DNA of 63,057 bases, counting the filler, from an uncultured bacterium (GTDB lineage Bacteria > CAYUVA01), in NCBI GenBank assembly GCA_964448115.1. It is 4 parts of 4 records of this genome, joined end to end, with 100 filler letters (N's around TTAATTAATTAA, not from the genome) between each part and the next. Parts side by side here need not be neighbours in the genome. Positions count along the whole stretch, not along the records: positions 22,356 to 43,638 come from CAYUVA010000061.1; 3 more parts are not named here. The stretch is one strand, 5' to 3'. The translations under genes and the position numbers were made by a program. Each line of letters opens with the position of its first letter. Position 1 is the first letter of the stretch. The notes under the pieces were generated by a model. That model was not told the DNA's origin, ran no database searches, and saw nothing but the letters and a program-made list of their open reading frames with translations. Shown one piece after another: positions 31,901 through 40,042 of the stretch.

Positions 31901-32799
31901 GCACGCCCACGGTTACGGCGACAGCGACGCCAAGCTCCACCCCGACTGCCACACCAACCAGCACAGGCGCTTATGTTTCGGGCTTAATCTACTACAACGA
32001 TTACAGCCCGGATCACAATGTCTGCCTGGCTTTCTGGTATGACATCAATATGACACAGATGGCTTATTATTCGTGGACTTGGATGAACAGCCCCTGGAAT
32101 TACAGCCTGCTGGTGGAGAACAATGTCTATTACATCAGCGCTTACCGCAACGAGGATTACACGGGCTGCCAGGAGAGCGGTCCCGATTGTTACGACCAGC
32201 TCGGTATGTACAGCCTGAGTCCACCGACGCCGGAAGCGGTTACAGTCGATGGTGAGGATGTAAGCGGTATCGACTTCAACCTGGTCTGGGCAGAGACATG
32301 CACCCCGACCGCAACGCCGAGCAACACGCCGACAGCGACGCCTACTGAGACCCCTACTGAGACTCCCACGCTTACGCCAACTTTCACGCCGACCAATACG
32401 CAAGGCAAGGGCGCCTCTTATGAAACACCCAAGCCAACCGTTACACCCACGCCGAAGGAGAAAGAAAAGCCGACCATACTGGTGGCTGGATACATGAATA
32501 CGAGCCTCGCAGCGCAGAGCCAAAGCACTTGGGATGCTGGAGCTTTGGTCATCCACAACCTGGGACAGGAGCATATAACCAGGGTTTATGCCAGGTTCGC
32601 TGGATTTGAGCTTGATTTTGAGCTGGAAAACCTAGGAATTGTCGGATCTGCGCTCCTGGATAGCGTGCTTTATCATCAGCGAATAATCATCGACCAGGAG
32701 CACCTGCATGGCAAGCGAGCCTACCTGCTGGAGCTTGTCGCCGAAGACATTCACGGCGAGCAGAGCCTGCCTTGGCCTTACTTGACGGTTACCGAATAG
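22951..32799 (+). CDS. 3282-aa modular secreted protein: CocE/NonD (S15-like) hydrolase, 2 internal WPYL domains, beta-helix, 3 InhA/MAM-like jelly-roll domains, 2 PQQ-like propellers, Pro/Thr linkers, C-terminal WPYL domain
   Basis: Signal peptide; YGGSGRG, ITGWWD, APAGH and PepX_C-like DADFTVKVVDVYPDG...GSNFPKYDRNLN; FWYG...LISPP...GWYxDD three times; repeated GSxDxxLYxLxxDGxLxW; TPT linkers. Confidence 0.85.
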   Translation: MKKFNIIALLIGVMMSFDISYGLIKSCVQSSSCLTPTPLVLTPTPYRCDPDIETIDYMSYSLCICVPANESTTGSSAKLQAVVYRPPDDALDENETIPLVLKYWPYESYKDYKINSHAQDLYPSELGFDGFLSEQDRLKKCLDELFIPFENGRPVFENPYDWCGQKVAIMEVSVRGRLGSWAQDYRNPKNTPVPWYNDPPLDWDSDGAAILEWLDAQEWWNGKIVLYGGSGRGVSSQRLCTKLKDKIINKAADLNGTAVFNSILWDSRISVYENGALYLWPYYNITCFYQGYGKEHNPLYSNPLWVLKTLPLCDLANDPLRKVTYTPTPGTPKASRYTPTPVPQFGRFCYAEPNEDFDLNSTLCPYKRKNEISYWTQYWQDNWLDGFRDEINTVTITGWWDHFLGTTIEGYNNLRSGAHIKDHYLIIAPAGHGITNAEMGEFDFDLIEPLFPHSPVPSHQPLLDEYFRDRAIEAEILASPTPIKARFHNKHIALWMVGTENWMFVDEFPLSMPTVVHTKLYFKLGIDPRGNPSEFRVGEGNLASYPPSDTQFVEFTYNPNNPVLTRGGVMADENPTGLFINGIYNQKQVEIRSDVLTYTFRPFTSEGYEICGEIRAHLIVSSNKHDADFTVKVVDVYPDGTSYGLCDGIGRLSYLLEEDYIPDSQVSITFNVGYLCNFFRKGHSLRVEIAGSNFPKYDRNLNPDSNYITSYHETSSNAPGSATLKFYHRHGDDYSWIELPKTSFMATTPTPTPVDWNNKSDDYYVQLGGWFANNVAQLPGTESTPYLKTCSYICRVPDTVIQRVELKIRDETNTAISNANEVTLLKASPLQAPYNNWCLVSFPYNYTQPTYYGYLNDTYTGSIVGEAAYRYPPGYLKGKYAWPYLYIPESGDSFNLTDVNDAITRGLTSLTYWPDSPNSVIIGGYEGTNLYNNNNALSGSIKLSAYVIPCKASDPIKDVEIRIRHQSIACTDSKTGLFLQKINHNHWEWTADDINANVDKLGGTYRILELWARTDNNSTVIWPYLYLAPNCLYLPPEYNNPKSQLEKILNPDKYKNPIPNTLNESIRFVKNSPYKYGYDIIIYRDFNETIIYDLNQNIPFGVSIYERVERNNTNRNPTKIKISNPQGIILSGDNTIEGFEFVMDNSGGDTFFTIDNTEHIELSNNFFNCNPQMEGYKTITKPIQIENSDKIKIVNNLFSLSEDGTGLSIISSGSGTYENADLNLVVWGNTINGGSIGIQSDENSLIHIENNNIINYSNYAIKWDNNHTLVQYNNAFSTHLQMESNFHTPPDVSPLMLIKNYSYFPDFKRLTIGGNFHHYYLKHKGIDDYESSQLVDAGNYEAIEIPGSLDLGTTRTDGYPDVGKIDIGFHYRRFDPVAPTLTPLPTPTPFAGHTCIPETAPEATPIIVYSEIEFDFGIEEEPDSQGWEAFGLWHLENTSSNVEGILSDDNYTLPVFWYGDSESGDYDTGVANCGALISPPITLPSEDVSEAYVLFDMFTDVEVFRVLIDQEFDIRQVLVQEKVEEEWQNSWQPIYRTSYITTNRMFELQGADLTPYLGKTIRLLYLFRTMDEKGNDHHGWMVDNVRVAIYPTLPTPTPTDTATSTPTAKPTSTPTETPTATYTPVNWPQYQHDEQRTGRCNYNAPNNPGLYWSHESSGEIFSSPVIDHNNRIYYGGGDNKLYCLNSDGTLAWSYSTGNYIEGAPAIDSQGNIFVGSKDNKIYKFDSQGNLSWSYPTGGYISGSPLITSNGKIIIGSTDNDIYCLNSDGSLVWSYSTDGGISSSISEGLNDNLYCAAGETNGGLYKLNIDGTLLWSTSVDRYSSKYSSPVVKIFNDGYDLNETIYLGSYEKLLAFYPSGSIRWSYNIDSNHGINCAPSVGDNGDIYFGTNPSSKIYAVKSDGSIRWSLSLKTFNRASAIVDSSNHIILSSGVSSIIYCYNSDGTLLWSYDDEITQVGRSSPGMDYKGTIYWGAQGGKLFAVGFPTSTPTMTPTTTPTSTPTASPTLTPSNTPTQTVTNTPTLTPTISETPTDTPTATHTPTVTCTPSPYQGHWCTDLEDLEETLYWHSNLGPLLPHSQDSDFGWHLVSTDENDESYYPLYGSEFSGERGPYAYSDYYAFWFGSLTTGYYEGDVISGSLISPPIEIASHSTLSFQSWREVEPDAGTQWDKSLVYISTDDTLTWQQIYQVSDNNNNWIQYNIDLCDFTDETLYFKFVFDTVDYYYNDYRGWYLDDFCINTHSPTPTNTATPTATPSMTPTDTPATATWTPTDSPTSTPTRTCTETPTSTPTMSPSNTPTITDTPTITPTPFNVCDEHYYEDFESDTVETWWKASGLWHRVGTEDSIYAKYVSSEHSFWYGINATGDYDTGYENYGYLTSPPLFIGDCGTTSLVFRTYEEVEPYAGSYYDTRILYISSNDGVSWQFAMQFTDFEGDWTTRVVDLSDYLGHTIWLSFEFDTVDELYNNYAGWYIDDLEIQTNTPTNTPSSTPTATPTSTPTSTPSNTPTPVYNVSGHVYYSGAKRGDILLAAMNMDMNMVSFGMTDQPGAYALWTPVPDGYYIVFGGVDHDGNLIYLPPDQNPADYYYAVGLSDLVVVDGSDVTDVDFWLADMWGWNYFQRDAYKSGVEPEVKAPSDGLIEWIADLESPIYTAPVGVDDDTFYLGLSDGNFIAIQETIGDYNETIPEVLWSYATGGSIHSSPALATNDTTYFGSDDQSIYALTTDGELRWSFATGGYVRAAPMLGNNDTTMYVGSFDNNYYCLDRNGTLVWRFACDDNISTTSALDWYDNSYVTTQSGMLYSIDADSNLNWSLELNGTLSAPTLDMNLVVYVGSSDSKLYAVESDGSLKWSYETGGSIRGSAAIGRSHRIYLGSDDNNLYALNPAGSLEWYYSTGGAVRFSPIIADVCLEWGSQDCNNTNPEVVFFGSNDGHFYAVNSDGSLLWSYPVLADMESSAMIPGYDELCFGAEDGKVYLISSWGVPATFTPTSTPTVTATATPSSTPTATPTSTGAYVSGLIYYNDYSPDHNVCLAFWYDINMTQMAYYSWTWMNSPWNYSLLVENNVYYISAYRNEDYTGCQESGPDCYDQLGMYSLSPPTPEAVTVDGEDVSGIDFNLVWAETCTPTATPSNTPTATPTETPTETPTLTPTFTPTNTQGKGASYETPKPTVTPTPKEKEKPTILVAGYMNTSLAAQSQSTWDAGALVIHNLGQEHITRVYARFAGFELDFELENLGIVGSALLDSVLYHQRIIIDQEHLHGKRAYLLELVAEDIHGEQSLPWPYLTVTE

Positions 32800-32809
32800 G
32801 AGGAACTAT

Positions 32810-33631
32810 ATGAAATATTATAGGTCATTGATAGTCGTTTTAACGATGCTCTTTTCGATATGCATCGCAACTCAGTCTTTTGCAGCCTGGGAGACCAGCC
32901 TTTCGAGCGCAGTATCAAGGGCGCAAACTGAGAACAAGAAGATCCTGCTCTTCGTACATCAGCCACACAACGACTGGTGTGACTACTATGATGAGCGCAT
33001 TTTCAGCAATGAAGCCGTCTCCCGGTATCTTGAGCGTTTTGTGATAGCCAGGATCAACATCCAGGCAGACAAGCGGATAACAGATTCGCTCATGGTCAAG
33101 AGCGCACCGACCATCCTATTGCTCGATAAAAACGGCAATGAGATAGACCGTTTCTGGGAGATCAAGAGCCTGGATAACTTCGTGAGCGACCTAGGAGCTC
33201 TTGAGAGCGACGCTAGGTCGTTTAAGGCGCTGCGAGCCTTGTATGGCACGGGTCGAGCGACTATCGAAGACAAGGCGGATCTCGCTAGGGAGTACCGCAA
33301 ACGCCAGACATTTTCTGAGATGTTTGCCATCTACGAGGATATGTTATCCGAGCACAGGGATGCTCCATCCAAGGCTTTTGCTTACTATCACTTGGCTAGT
33401 CGCGCCGCCTCGAGGAAGGATTACCACCTCGCAGAGCTTTATTTCCGAAAGATCCTCGCCAATTATCCCACCTTCGAGTTTCTCCCAGAGACAATCCTCG
33501 AACTAGCTAGTGTTTACTTCACCCAAGGCAAGAAACTCCAGGCAAAGCGCCTTTACGAGCGATTCCTGTCCACCTATCCCCAACGCCCGGAAAAACATTG
33601 GGTAGAGAGAAGACTAAGAAGGTGTGAGTGA
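32810..33631 (+). CDS. Exported thioredoxin-fold protein with C-terminal TPR (YbgF/BamD-like) repeats
   Basis: Signal peptide; ENKKILLF...NDWC...IF, cis-Pro loop SAPTILLLDKNGNEI; TPR YFRKILANYP, YERFLSTYP; GGAGGA RBS right after the giant gene. Confidence 0.8.
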   Translation: MKYYRSLIVVLTMLFSICIATQSFAAWETSLSSAVSRAQTENKKILLFVHQPHNDWCDYYDERIFSNEAVSRYLERFVIARINIQADKRITDSLMVKSAPTILLLDKNGNEIDRFWEIKSLDNFVSDLGALESDARSFKALRALYGTGRATIEDKADLAREYRKRQTFSEMFAIYEDMLSEHRDAPSKAFAYYHLASRAASRKDYHLAELYFRKILANYPTFEFLPETILELASVYFTQGKKLQAKRLYERFLSTYPQRPEKHWVERRLRRCE

Positions 33632-33819
33632 AGCGCTTGAATCCCATAGGAAAAGTAATCAACTAACTAGGGAAATTCATTTGGTTAAAAGATATACAAT
33701 GTTTGGATTACTTATAAAGATATCGCAATTTCGCAGGTCATAATTTTCATGCCTCCCGAATAGGTCGGGAGCTGTGCTGCTCTTGACATAAGATTTGTTT
33801 CGCCAACGGGCACCTCTAT

Positions 33820-34212
33820 GTCATTCCCGCACCTCCCCTCTGTCATTCCCGCGCGGGCGGGAATCCAGTTCCCTCAGCCATGGAATGGCGACATAATTGC
33901 AGCCGGGCGCGTAAGCACACGGAACGCTAGCCCCCCCTATATTCCCCCCAGTTTGGGAGTCTGTCTAAAAATTCCCCAACATGTCATTGCTAAGAGTCTC
34001 GATAATTCGGGATGACGAAGCAATCTTCTTTATAATCAATAAGAACGAGATTGCTTCGCTTTGCTCGCAATGACATTTTAGTGATATTTTAAGCATCTTG
34101 AGACAAACTCTTGGGTGGAGAAGAGGTGGTGAGAGATCCCTTGACTTCGTCCCTATTTTTTCAAAAATTGGGAATCCGCTTGGGATGACACGGTGTGGGG
34201 TTTGAGACAGAC
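33820..34212. repeat. Cluster of palindromic MITE/REP-like elements
   Basis: GTCATTCCCGC twice, including ATTCCC-N8-GGGAAT (33845-33864); GTCATTGC...CGAAGCAATCT/AGATTGCTTCG...GCAATGAC hairpin (33983-34074); AGTCTGTCT...AGACAGACT inverted ends. Confidence 0.7.
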
Positions 34213-34376
34213 TAGAACGAGTGGAGGCAATGGCTGGCTGCCTGCCTTGTCCTCAAAATCAAATCTTCTGTGCTGTCAGCAAACAATTTAGGGTTGATTA
34301 TTACAACTTAATGGGTGTAATAATATCTATGTATGATAACAAGTAAGAAGGGGTAAATAGCCAAGGGAGGGCTGCC

Positions 34377-36080
34377 ATGGAAACCGTACTTCTGCTTATT
34401 GGCTGCATAATTGCCTACTTGATAGCGTATCGTACTTATGGGAGGTTTTTAAGCCGCCGTATATTTAGCCTTAGCAGTGATCGGCTGATGCCATCTGTGC
34501 AGTTTAACGATCAGGTCGATTTCGTGCCCACGCACAAGGAGATCCTCTTCGGACATCACTATACTTCCATCGCTGGCACGGGACCGATAGTAGGTCCTGC
34601 CATAGCTATCATCTGGGGCTGGGTGCCGGCGATACTATGGGTGATGATAGGCGCCATATTCATGGGAGCAGTACACGACTTTGGTGCATTGGTCGTATCG
34701 GCAAGGCACCAGGGAAGGAGCATCAGCGATTTAACCGGGGATCTGATCAATCCGCGAGTGCGGGTGCTTTTTTTCGTGATTATATTCTTTACTTTGCTTA
34801 TAGTGATCGCCATCTTCGCCTGGATAATCGCTTATCTGTTCGATAAGTTCCCCTATTCTGTGTTTCCGATATGGATGGAGCTTCCCATTGCTGTAGTATT
34901 GGGTTGGGCGATATATAAGCGTGGTTTGCCCCAGACGACAGTAGCTATCATCGCCTTGGTCTTGTTGTATGTAACCGTGATCATCGGAGTCTATTTCCCA
35001 TTGCAGATGCCCTCGCTGTTCGGTTTAGAACCGATAATGATCTGGGTGTTTATCCTGTTCATCTATGCTTATATCGCCTCGGTGCTGCCGGTGCAGTTAC
35101 TGCTCCAGCCTCGAGATTACATCAACGGACACCAGTTATTCGTGGCGCTCGGTTTATTGATTCTTGGTGTCGTTTTTGCCCGGCCGCAGATGGTCGCCCC
35201 GGCGCTCAATAGCCATCCAGTCGGTGCCCCGGACATAATTCCTTTCTTGTTTATCACCATCGCCTGTGGTGCGATCAGCGGATTTCATAGCCTGGTGGCA
35301 AGCGGCACTTCCTCGAAGCAATTGAAAAACGAGACCGATGCACAAATGATCGGATATGGCTCTATGCTCATGGAGGGAGTTCTCGCTGTGCTTGTGATCA
35401 TAGCGGTTGCTGCTGGAATCGGTATGAGCTTAAATGTGGGAGATACCACCTTGACTGGCTTGGATGCCTGGAGGCATCATTATGCGAGTTGGAAGGCTGC
35501 TGCTGGGCTTGGCTCAAAGGTGAATGCCTTTGTCTATGGCTCAGCCAACCTAATCGCTGCCATCGGCATCCCTTATGACATCGCCATCGTGATTATGGGA
35601 GTCTTCATAGCATCTTTTGCAGGAACAACGCTTGATACGGCGACCAGAATCCAAAGATACATCATAGTGGAGCTGGCTAGCGATCTCAAGGTCAAGCCGC
35701 TGACCAACCGCCACCTGGCAACCTTTGTTGCTGTGGGAACCGCATTGTTGCTTGCCTTGTCGCAAAAAGGAGGCAAGGGAGCACTTATCCTGTGGCCTCT
35801 ATTCGGCACGGTGAATCAGCTCCTCGCCGGATTGAGCCTCTTGGCGGTAACCATTTACCTGTATAAACGCGGCAAGGGAGTGCTTTATACACTAATACCG
35901 ATGATGATTATTCTATTTCTTACTAGTTGGGCAATGGCGCTTAATCTGAAGACTTATATGAGTCAACAGAGTTGGCATCTGGTCATTATCGGCTTTATCA
36001 TCGTAGTTCTGGAGTTATGGATGGTGGCAGAGTCTTTGATTATCTTCTTTCACCGTCGGGAGATGATATTGGAAGATTGA
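34377..36080 (+). CDS. cstA: Carbon starvation protein A family transporter
   Basis: GHHYTSIAGTGPIVGP, GAVHDFG, LLQPRDY, TIACGAISGFHSLV, LWPLFGTVNQLLA. Confidence 0.95.
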   Translation: METVLLLIGCIIAYLIAYRTYGRFLSRRIFSLSSDRLMPSVQFNDQVDFVPTHKEILFGHHYTSIAGTGPIVGPAIAIIWGWVPAILWVMIGAIFMGAVHDFGALVVSARHQGRSISDLTGDLINPRVRVLFFVIIFFTLLIVIAIFAWIIAYLFDKFPYSVFPIWMELPIAVVLGWAIYKRGLPQTTVAIIALVLLYVTVIIGVYFPLQMPSLFGLEPIMIWVFILFIYAYIASVLPVQLLLQPRDYINGHQLFVALGLLILGVVFARPQMVAPALNSHPVGAPDIIPFLFITIACGAISGFHSLVASGTSSKQLKNETDAQMIGYGSMLMEGVLAVLVIIAVAAGIGMSLNVGDTTLTGLDAWRHHYASWKAAAGLGSKVNAFVYGSANLIAAIGIPYDIAIVIMGVFIASFAGTTLDTATRIQRYIIVELASDLKVKPLTNRHLATFVAVGTALLLALSQKGGKGALILWPLFGTVNQLLAGLSLLAVTIYLYKRGKGVLYTLIPMMIILFLTSWAMALNLKTYMSQQSWHLVIIGFIIVVLELWMVAESLIIFFHRREMILED

Positions 36081-36463
36081 TAATAAAATGACTCACCAGC
36101 GGAGATTTATCCCGATATGCAATGCATCGTTGTTGATTCGGTGTAGTTCTTGTGCACGGTGAGGTCGCGCATGTCGCTTTCGGATATCTCTTGCAAGATC
36201 TCTTCTGGCCAGTCATCATCGGTAACATAGCGCGGATTTTCCTTGAATTCTGCATAGTTGAAATACGAAAAGTCCAATCCACATCTGACCATTTCATTTA
36301 TCAAATAACTAAAGCCGAGTCGCACCGATCTGGGGATGGGGTGATAGATTTTTCATTTTTAATCCATGTAGGGCTTGCATTCGCTTTTTTAATATGGTAA
36401 CTTTGCTTCAAGACTCTTGGTTAATATGTTATATGAACCTGAAATCATAAGGGAGGATGACTT

Positions 36464-38227
36464 ATGAAACTGCTCACGAAGTACTGGTTTGTCCTTGTCC
36501 TGGTTGGTCTTCTCACCACCGGGCTGATCCTTATCGGCTGCGGTGATGATGACGACGGAGATGATAAGGATATCGGCGATCCCACGAAGATGGATGTCAA
36601 GATCGAGGTTACTAGCTCCGATGGCACAGCTACTTTTTGGGAGAACGAGAGTGAGGCTAAATTCGAGGTTCTGGTTCTCAATGGTGAAACTCAAGAGGCA
36701 GCCGGTGGAGTCAAGGTCGTTTACTATGATGGTCCCAATATCGAGGGCTTCATTGTCGCCGATTCAGGCAACGAGTATGTCCCTGCGGTCGGTCTGTTCG
36801 ACAGCATCGGCGGCGCAGGCGGCATTCTGAGCGCCTCAGCCAAGAGCGATCTTATTCACCGGAACTTCAAGCGTGCAGAGGTCGGTGCAACCGACGAACC
36901 TACAAGCATCACCTTCGAGCTTACCCCTTCGACAACCACGCAGGCGCAGACCGAGCTGGTAACCGATGCTGAGATGATGGCTCGAATCCAGAGGCTCGCC
37001 ACCGACTATCCCTTGATCTCCTGTGATGATACGAGTTATTATGCACAAACGGTGGATCGAAGTGGATTCGACACCATAACCTCCTCAAGCCCAGGTGTAG
37101 CATTCTTCGTTTACAACGATGATAGCCGCATCCTGGTCGGCAAGTGGACCGGCACCGGCGCTGGACAGGTGGTTGCCGAGGCGCAGGATCTCGCCGACCC
37201 GGAGGATCATTTCGATGTTTACAGCAACCTGGAGCCTAATGAGATCCCCGCATTTTTCCTGGAATTCAGCAACATTCCCTCGCTCACCGTTGATTTCCCA
37301 GTGGTGGTTGGAAATACGGTTACGCTCAGTTGGAGCGGCAGCGATGCGACCACTTATGCAATCGGCAATATCGAGGATGCTACTATATGCCTGGATGGCA
37401 ACTCTACATCTGACCTGGTATATAGCTACAAGATCACCCAGGCTGATGGAACGGTTGTTTACATCGACTGGACGCAGACCGATCAGACCGAGGTGGTACT
37501 GAACGATGTACCTGATGGCGAGTATGAGCTGCATGTCAAGGTCGATGACGAGGTGGTTAATAACACGGTCGAGGCACCGGTGGTTTACTTTGCTGTCGGT
37601 GGCGCACATACTTACATGCGCTGGATGTGTAACGATCCCGATGGAGATCCCCTGACTTATGATATTCGCATGAAGGCTGGCTCAGCCCCCACAGGTGATG
37701 ACCTGGTCGCCTCAGGGCTGCCCACCAACCAGTACGACCCCGGTGCTATGGAACCTTTCACCACCTATTACTGGCAGGTGGTGGCACTGGATAATCGCGG
37801 TGGCATAACCGATGGTCCGGTATGGTCATTCACCACCGGCGCTGCTGGTGGAGTCGGCGCTGCCTATGAGCAGACCGGTTCTTATGCAGCGGTCAAGGTG
37901 AACCAGGGCTTGAAGGATCGCACCTGGAGACAGAAGATCAAGGACTTCTACACCAATATTCTCAACACCTGGCGCAGACCGCAGGTCAAGAATATCAAGG
38001 CAAGTGCCGACAAGATAGGTGCTCTCGATGCTACAAAGATAAATAACTCGGTAGAATTGAATGGACAAAAGCTGGAATGGATGCGCTCAAGCCAGTTGCA
38101 GGAGGTCAACAACCTCAAGTATAGCGAGGTCGATGCCTGCGGAGACGGCTACGAGAACAACCCGCCTAACCCGCCGAGCGATCCTTATCCGCCGGATGGC
38201 GCTACCGATGTTTATCCCAACCAGTAG
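36464..38227 (+). CDS. Lipoprotein with Ig/FN3-like domains
   Basis: GGAGG RBS; lipobox LILIG-C followed by an acidic linker; DPDGDPLTYD...TTYYWQVVA.D...GPVWSFTT module. Confidence 0.8.
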   Translation: MKLLTKYWFVLVLVGLLTTGLILIGCGDDDDGDDKDIGDPTKMDVKIEVTSSDGTATFWENESEAKFEVLVLNGETQEAAGGVKVVYYDGPNIEGFIVADSGNEYVPAVGLFDSIGGAGGILSASAKSDLIHRNFKRAEVGATDEPTSITFELTPSTTTQAQTELVTDAEMMARIQRLATDYPLISCDDTSYYAQTVDRSGFDTITSSSPGVAFFVYNDDSRILVGKWTGTGAGQVVAEAQDLADPEDHFDVYSNLEPNEIPAFFLEFSNIPSLTVDFPVVVGNTVTLSWSGSDATTYAIGNIEDATICLDGNSTSDLVYSYKITQADGTVVYIDWTQTDQTEVVLNDVPDGEYELHVKVDDEVVNNTVEAPVVYFAVGGAHTYMRWMCNDPDGDPLTYDIRMKAGSAPTGDDLVASGLPTNQYDPGAMEPFTTYYWQVVALDNRGGITDGPVWSFTTGAAGGVGAAYEQTGSYAAVKVNQGLKDRTWRQKIKDFYTNILNTWRRPQVKNIKASADKIGALDATKINNSVELNGQKLEWMRSSQLQEVNNLKYSEVDACGDGYENNPPNPPSDPYPPDGATDVYPNQ

Positions 38228-38287
38228 TCTGGGGGAGGGTGTAATCAATATCCCGCCTTTGGTATGATAGGCTGGGATAGTTAATAA

Positions 38288-40042
38288 ATGACCGTTAAAT
38301 CGCAAAAGCCCGGCAAGGGGATCATGGCTGGTCTCCTTGCCGGTTTACTTTTATTTGTATTCTTCTACTTCCTTTTGAACATCGGCACCCAGGAGGATGC
38401 CTTTATCTCGTTCCGTTATGCGGAGAACCTCGCATCAGGCAAGGGGCTTGTGTTCAATAAAGGTGAGAGAGAGGAGGGCTACTCGAATTTCCTTTGGGTT
38501 ATCCTGCTAGCAGCGGGCAGGACACTTGGGGCGCCGGTAAATGTAACCGCAAAGGTGCTGGGGCTTATTAGCGCCCTTATCACGCTGATCCTCGTATTTC
38601 GCCTGGAGCGACAGTTATCTGGGCGTTATGACTTTTTCACCCTGGTACCGATGCTTCTTTTAGCGAGTTGTTTTCCATACTCCAACTGGAGCTACACCGG
38701 GCTGGAGACCCCTTTTTATGTGCTCTTGCTGGTGGCAGGTGCTTATGGGTTGATCCGAGCCGGGCATAAGGGACAACCGGTCCATGGATTGTTTTATCTG
38801 CTTCTTGCAGCCTTGACCCGACCGGAGGGGGTGGCATACCTCTGCCTCGCTTTGGTGTATATCCTCTGGCGACCGCTGCTGGCATTGATAAAAGGGGATA
38901 AGAGAGCATTGCTATCGTGCATTCAAAGGCGAGATCTGGCTCTAATAATTGCAGTCATTGCTTTATTTCTCGGCTATCATGTATGGCATTACTCATATTT
39001 CGGGCATCTATTGCCCAATAGCTTCTACTCCAAGACCAGCGTTCACAAGCTGCACGACATGAGCAAGGGGCTTGAATATCTCGCCTATAATGGAGTCAAG
39101 CTCAACCTGCACTGGCTGCTGCTGGTCATGCTGCCTGCGCTTGCGCTTGGCTTGCGGAAATTCAATGCTTTGTTGCTGATGTTTGTTGGCTTCAACATCT
39201 TCTACACCATTTATGTGGGAGGCGATTACCTTCCCTTCAGCCGTTTCATGCTTCCCTCGCTCCCCTTTTTGTTTCTGCTGTTCGTGCGGGCGCTACGGCT
39301 TTATCCCAAGATGATACGGGCGAGTATTGTTCGACCATCACGGTTACGATTGGCTGCAATGTTTCTATCTTGTGCCTTGATCATCGGGAACTACGGCTAT
39401 ACAAACCATGTGCACTGGCTAGTCGGGGGGAGGATCTACTGGCAATGGACAAAGATATTGCTCAAGCAGCCGACTGTTATCATCGACAAGCTCAAGGTTT
39501 GGTTGATCGATCCCGCAGAGTATCATCCATTCGCTCTGTTCGGATTGTGGCTTAAGGAGCAATTTCCTGGTGACAATGTGATCGCCAGCGAGGGTTGCGG
39601 CGCCATGGCATACTACTCGAAGCACAGATACCTTGACTTCGCCGGGCTTATGCGCCGAGATATCGCGCTCAATATGCATGGTAACTATGGCTTGAAGTCA
39701 TTTTCCGATCACAAATACATCCTAAGGCAAGAGCCGGATGTCATACTCGGATTGGAGGGGCTTGACCTGTTCAGCTCCGACTATTTTCTGGGGTTCTATG
39801 CAGATCCTGAATTCCACGCCCATTATCGTCCCTACAAGGCGATATACATCGACCATTACTTTGATCCCACCAGAGATTTGTATCGTCTAATGTGGATCGT
39901 TTTTGTTCGTGGTCGGGGTATGCCGAATCTGCCAAAAGACTACATTTCCTATCTTAGAACGTTTGCCGAGGACAAGGAGAATACGGTAATAATAAGATCG
40001 GTCTCGCCGGACTACGAGACCCTGAAGCTGCTGGTGGAATGA
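38288..40042 (+). CDS. GT-C membrane glycosyltransferase, AftB-like
   Basis: [61 protein letters not shown]. Confidence 0.8.
   Translation: MTVKSQKPGKGIMAGLLAGLLLFVFFYFLLNIGTQEDAFISFRYAENLASGKGLVFNKGEREEGYSNFLWVILLAAGRTLGAPVNVTAKVLGLISALITLILVFRLERQLSGRYDFFTLVPMLLLASCFPYSNWSYTGLETPFYVLLLVAGAYGLIRAGHKGQPVHGLFYLLLAALTRPEGVAYLCLALVYILWRPLLALIKGDKRALLSCIQRRDLALIIAVIALFLGYHVWHYSYFGHLLPNSFYSKTSVHKLHDMSKGLEYLAYNGVKLNLHWLLLVMLPALALGLRKFNALLLMFVGFNIFYTIYVGGDYLPFSRFMLPSLPFLFLLFVRALRLYPKMIRASIVRPSRLRLAAMFLSCALIIGNYGYTNHVHWLVGGRIYWQWTKILLKQPTVIIDKLKVWLIDPAEYHPFALFGLWLKEQFPGDNVIASEGCGAMAYYSKHRYLDFAGLMRRDIALNMHGNYGLKSFSDHKYILRQEPDVILGLEGLDLFSSDYFLGFYADPEFHAHYRPYKAIYIDHYFDPTRDLYRLMWIVFVRGRGMPNLPKDYISYLRTFAEDKENTVIIRSVSPDYETLKLLVE

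Noticed and set aside
36107-36325. 72-aa minus-strand ORF after cstA
   Set aside because: Could be a real small gene or fragment, but there is no recognisable motif or clear support
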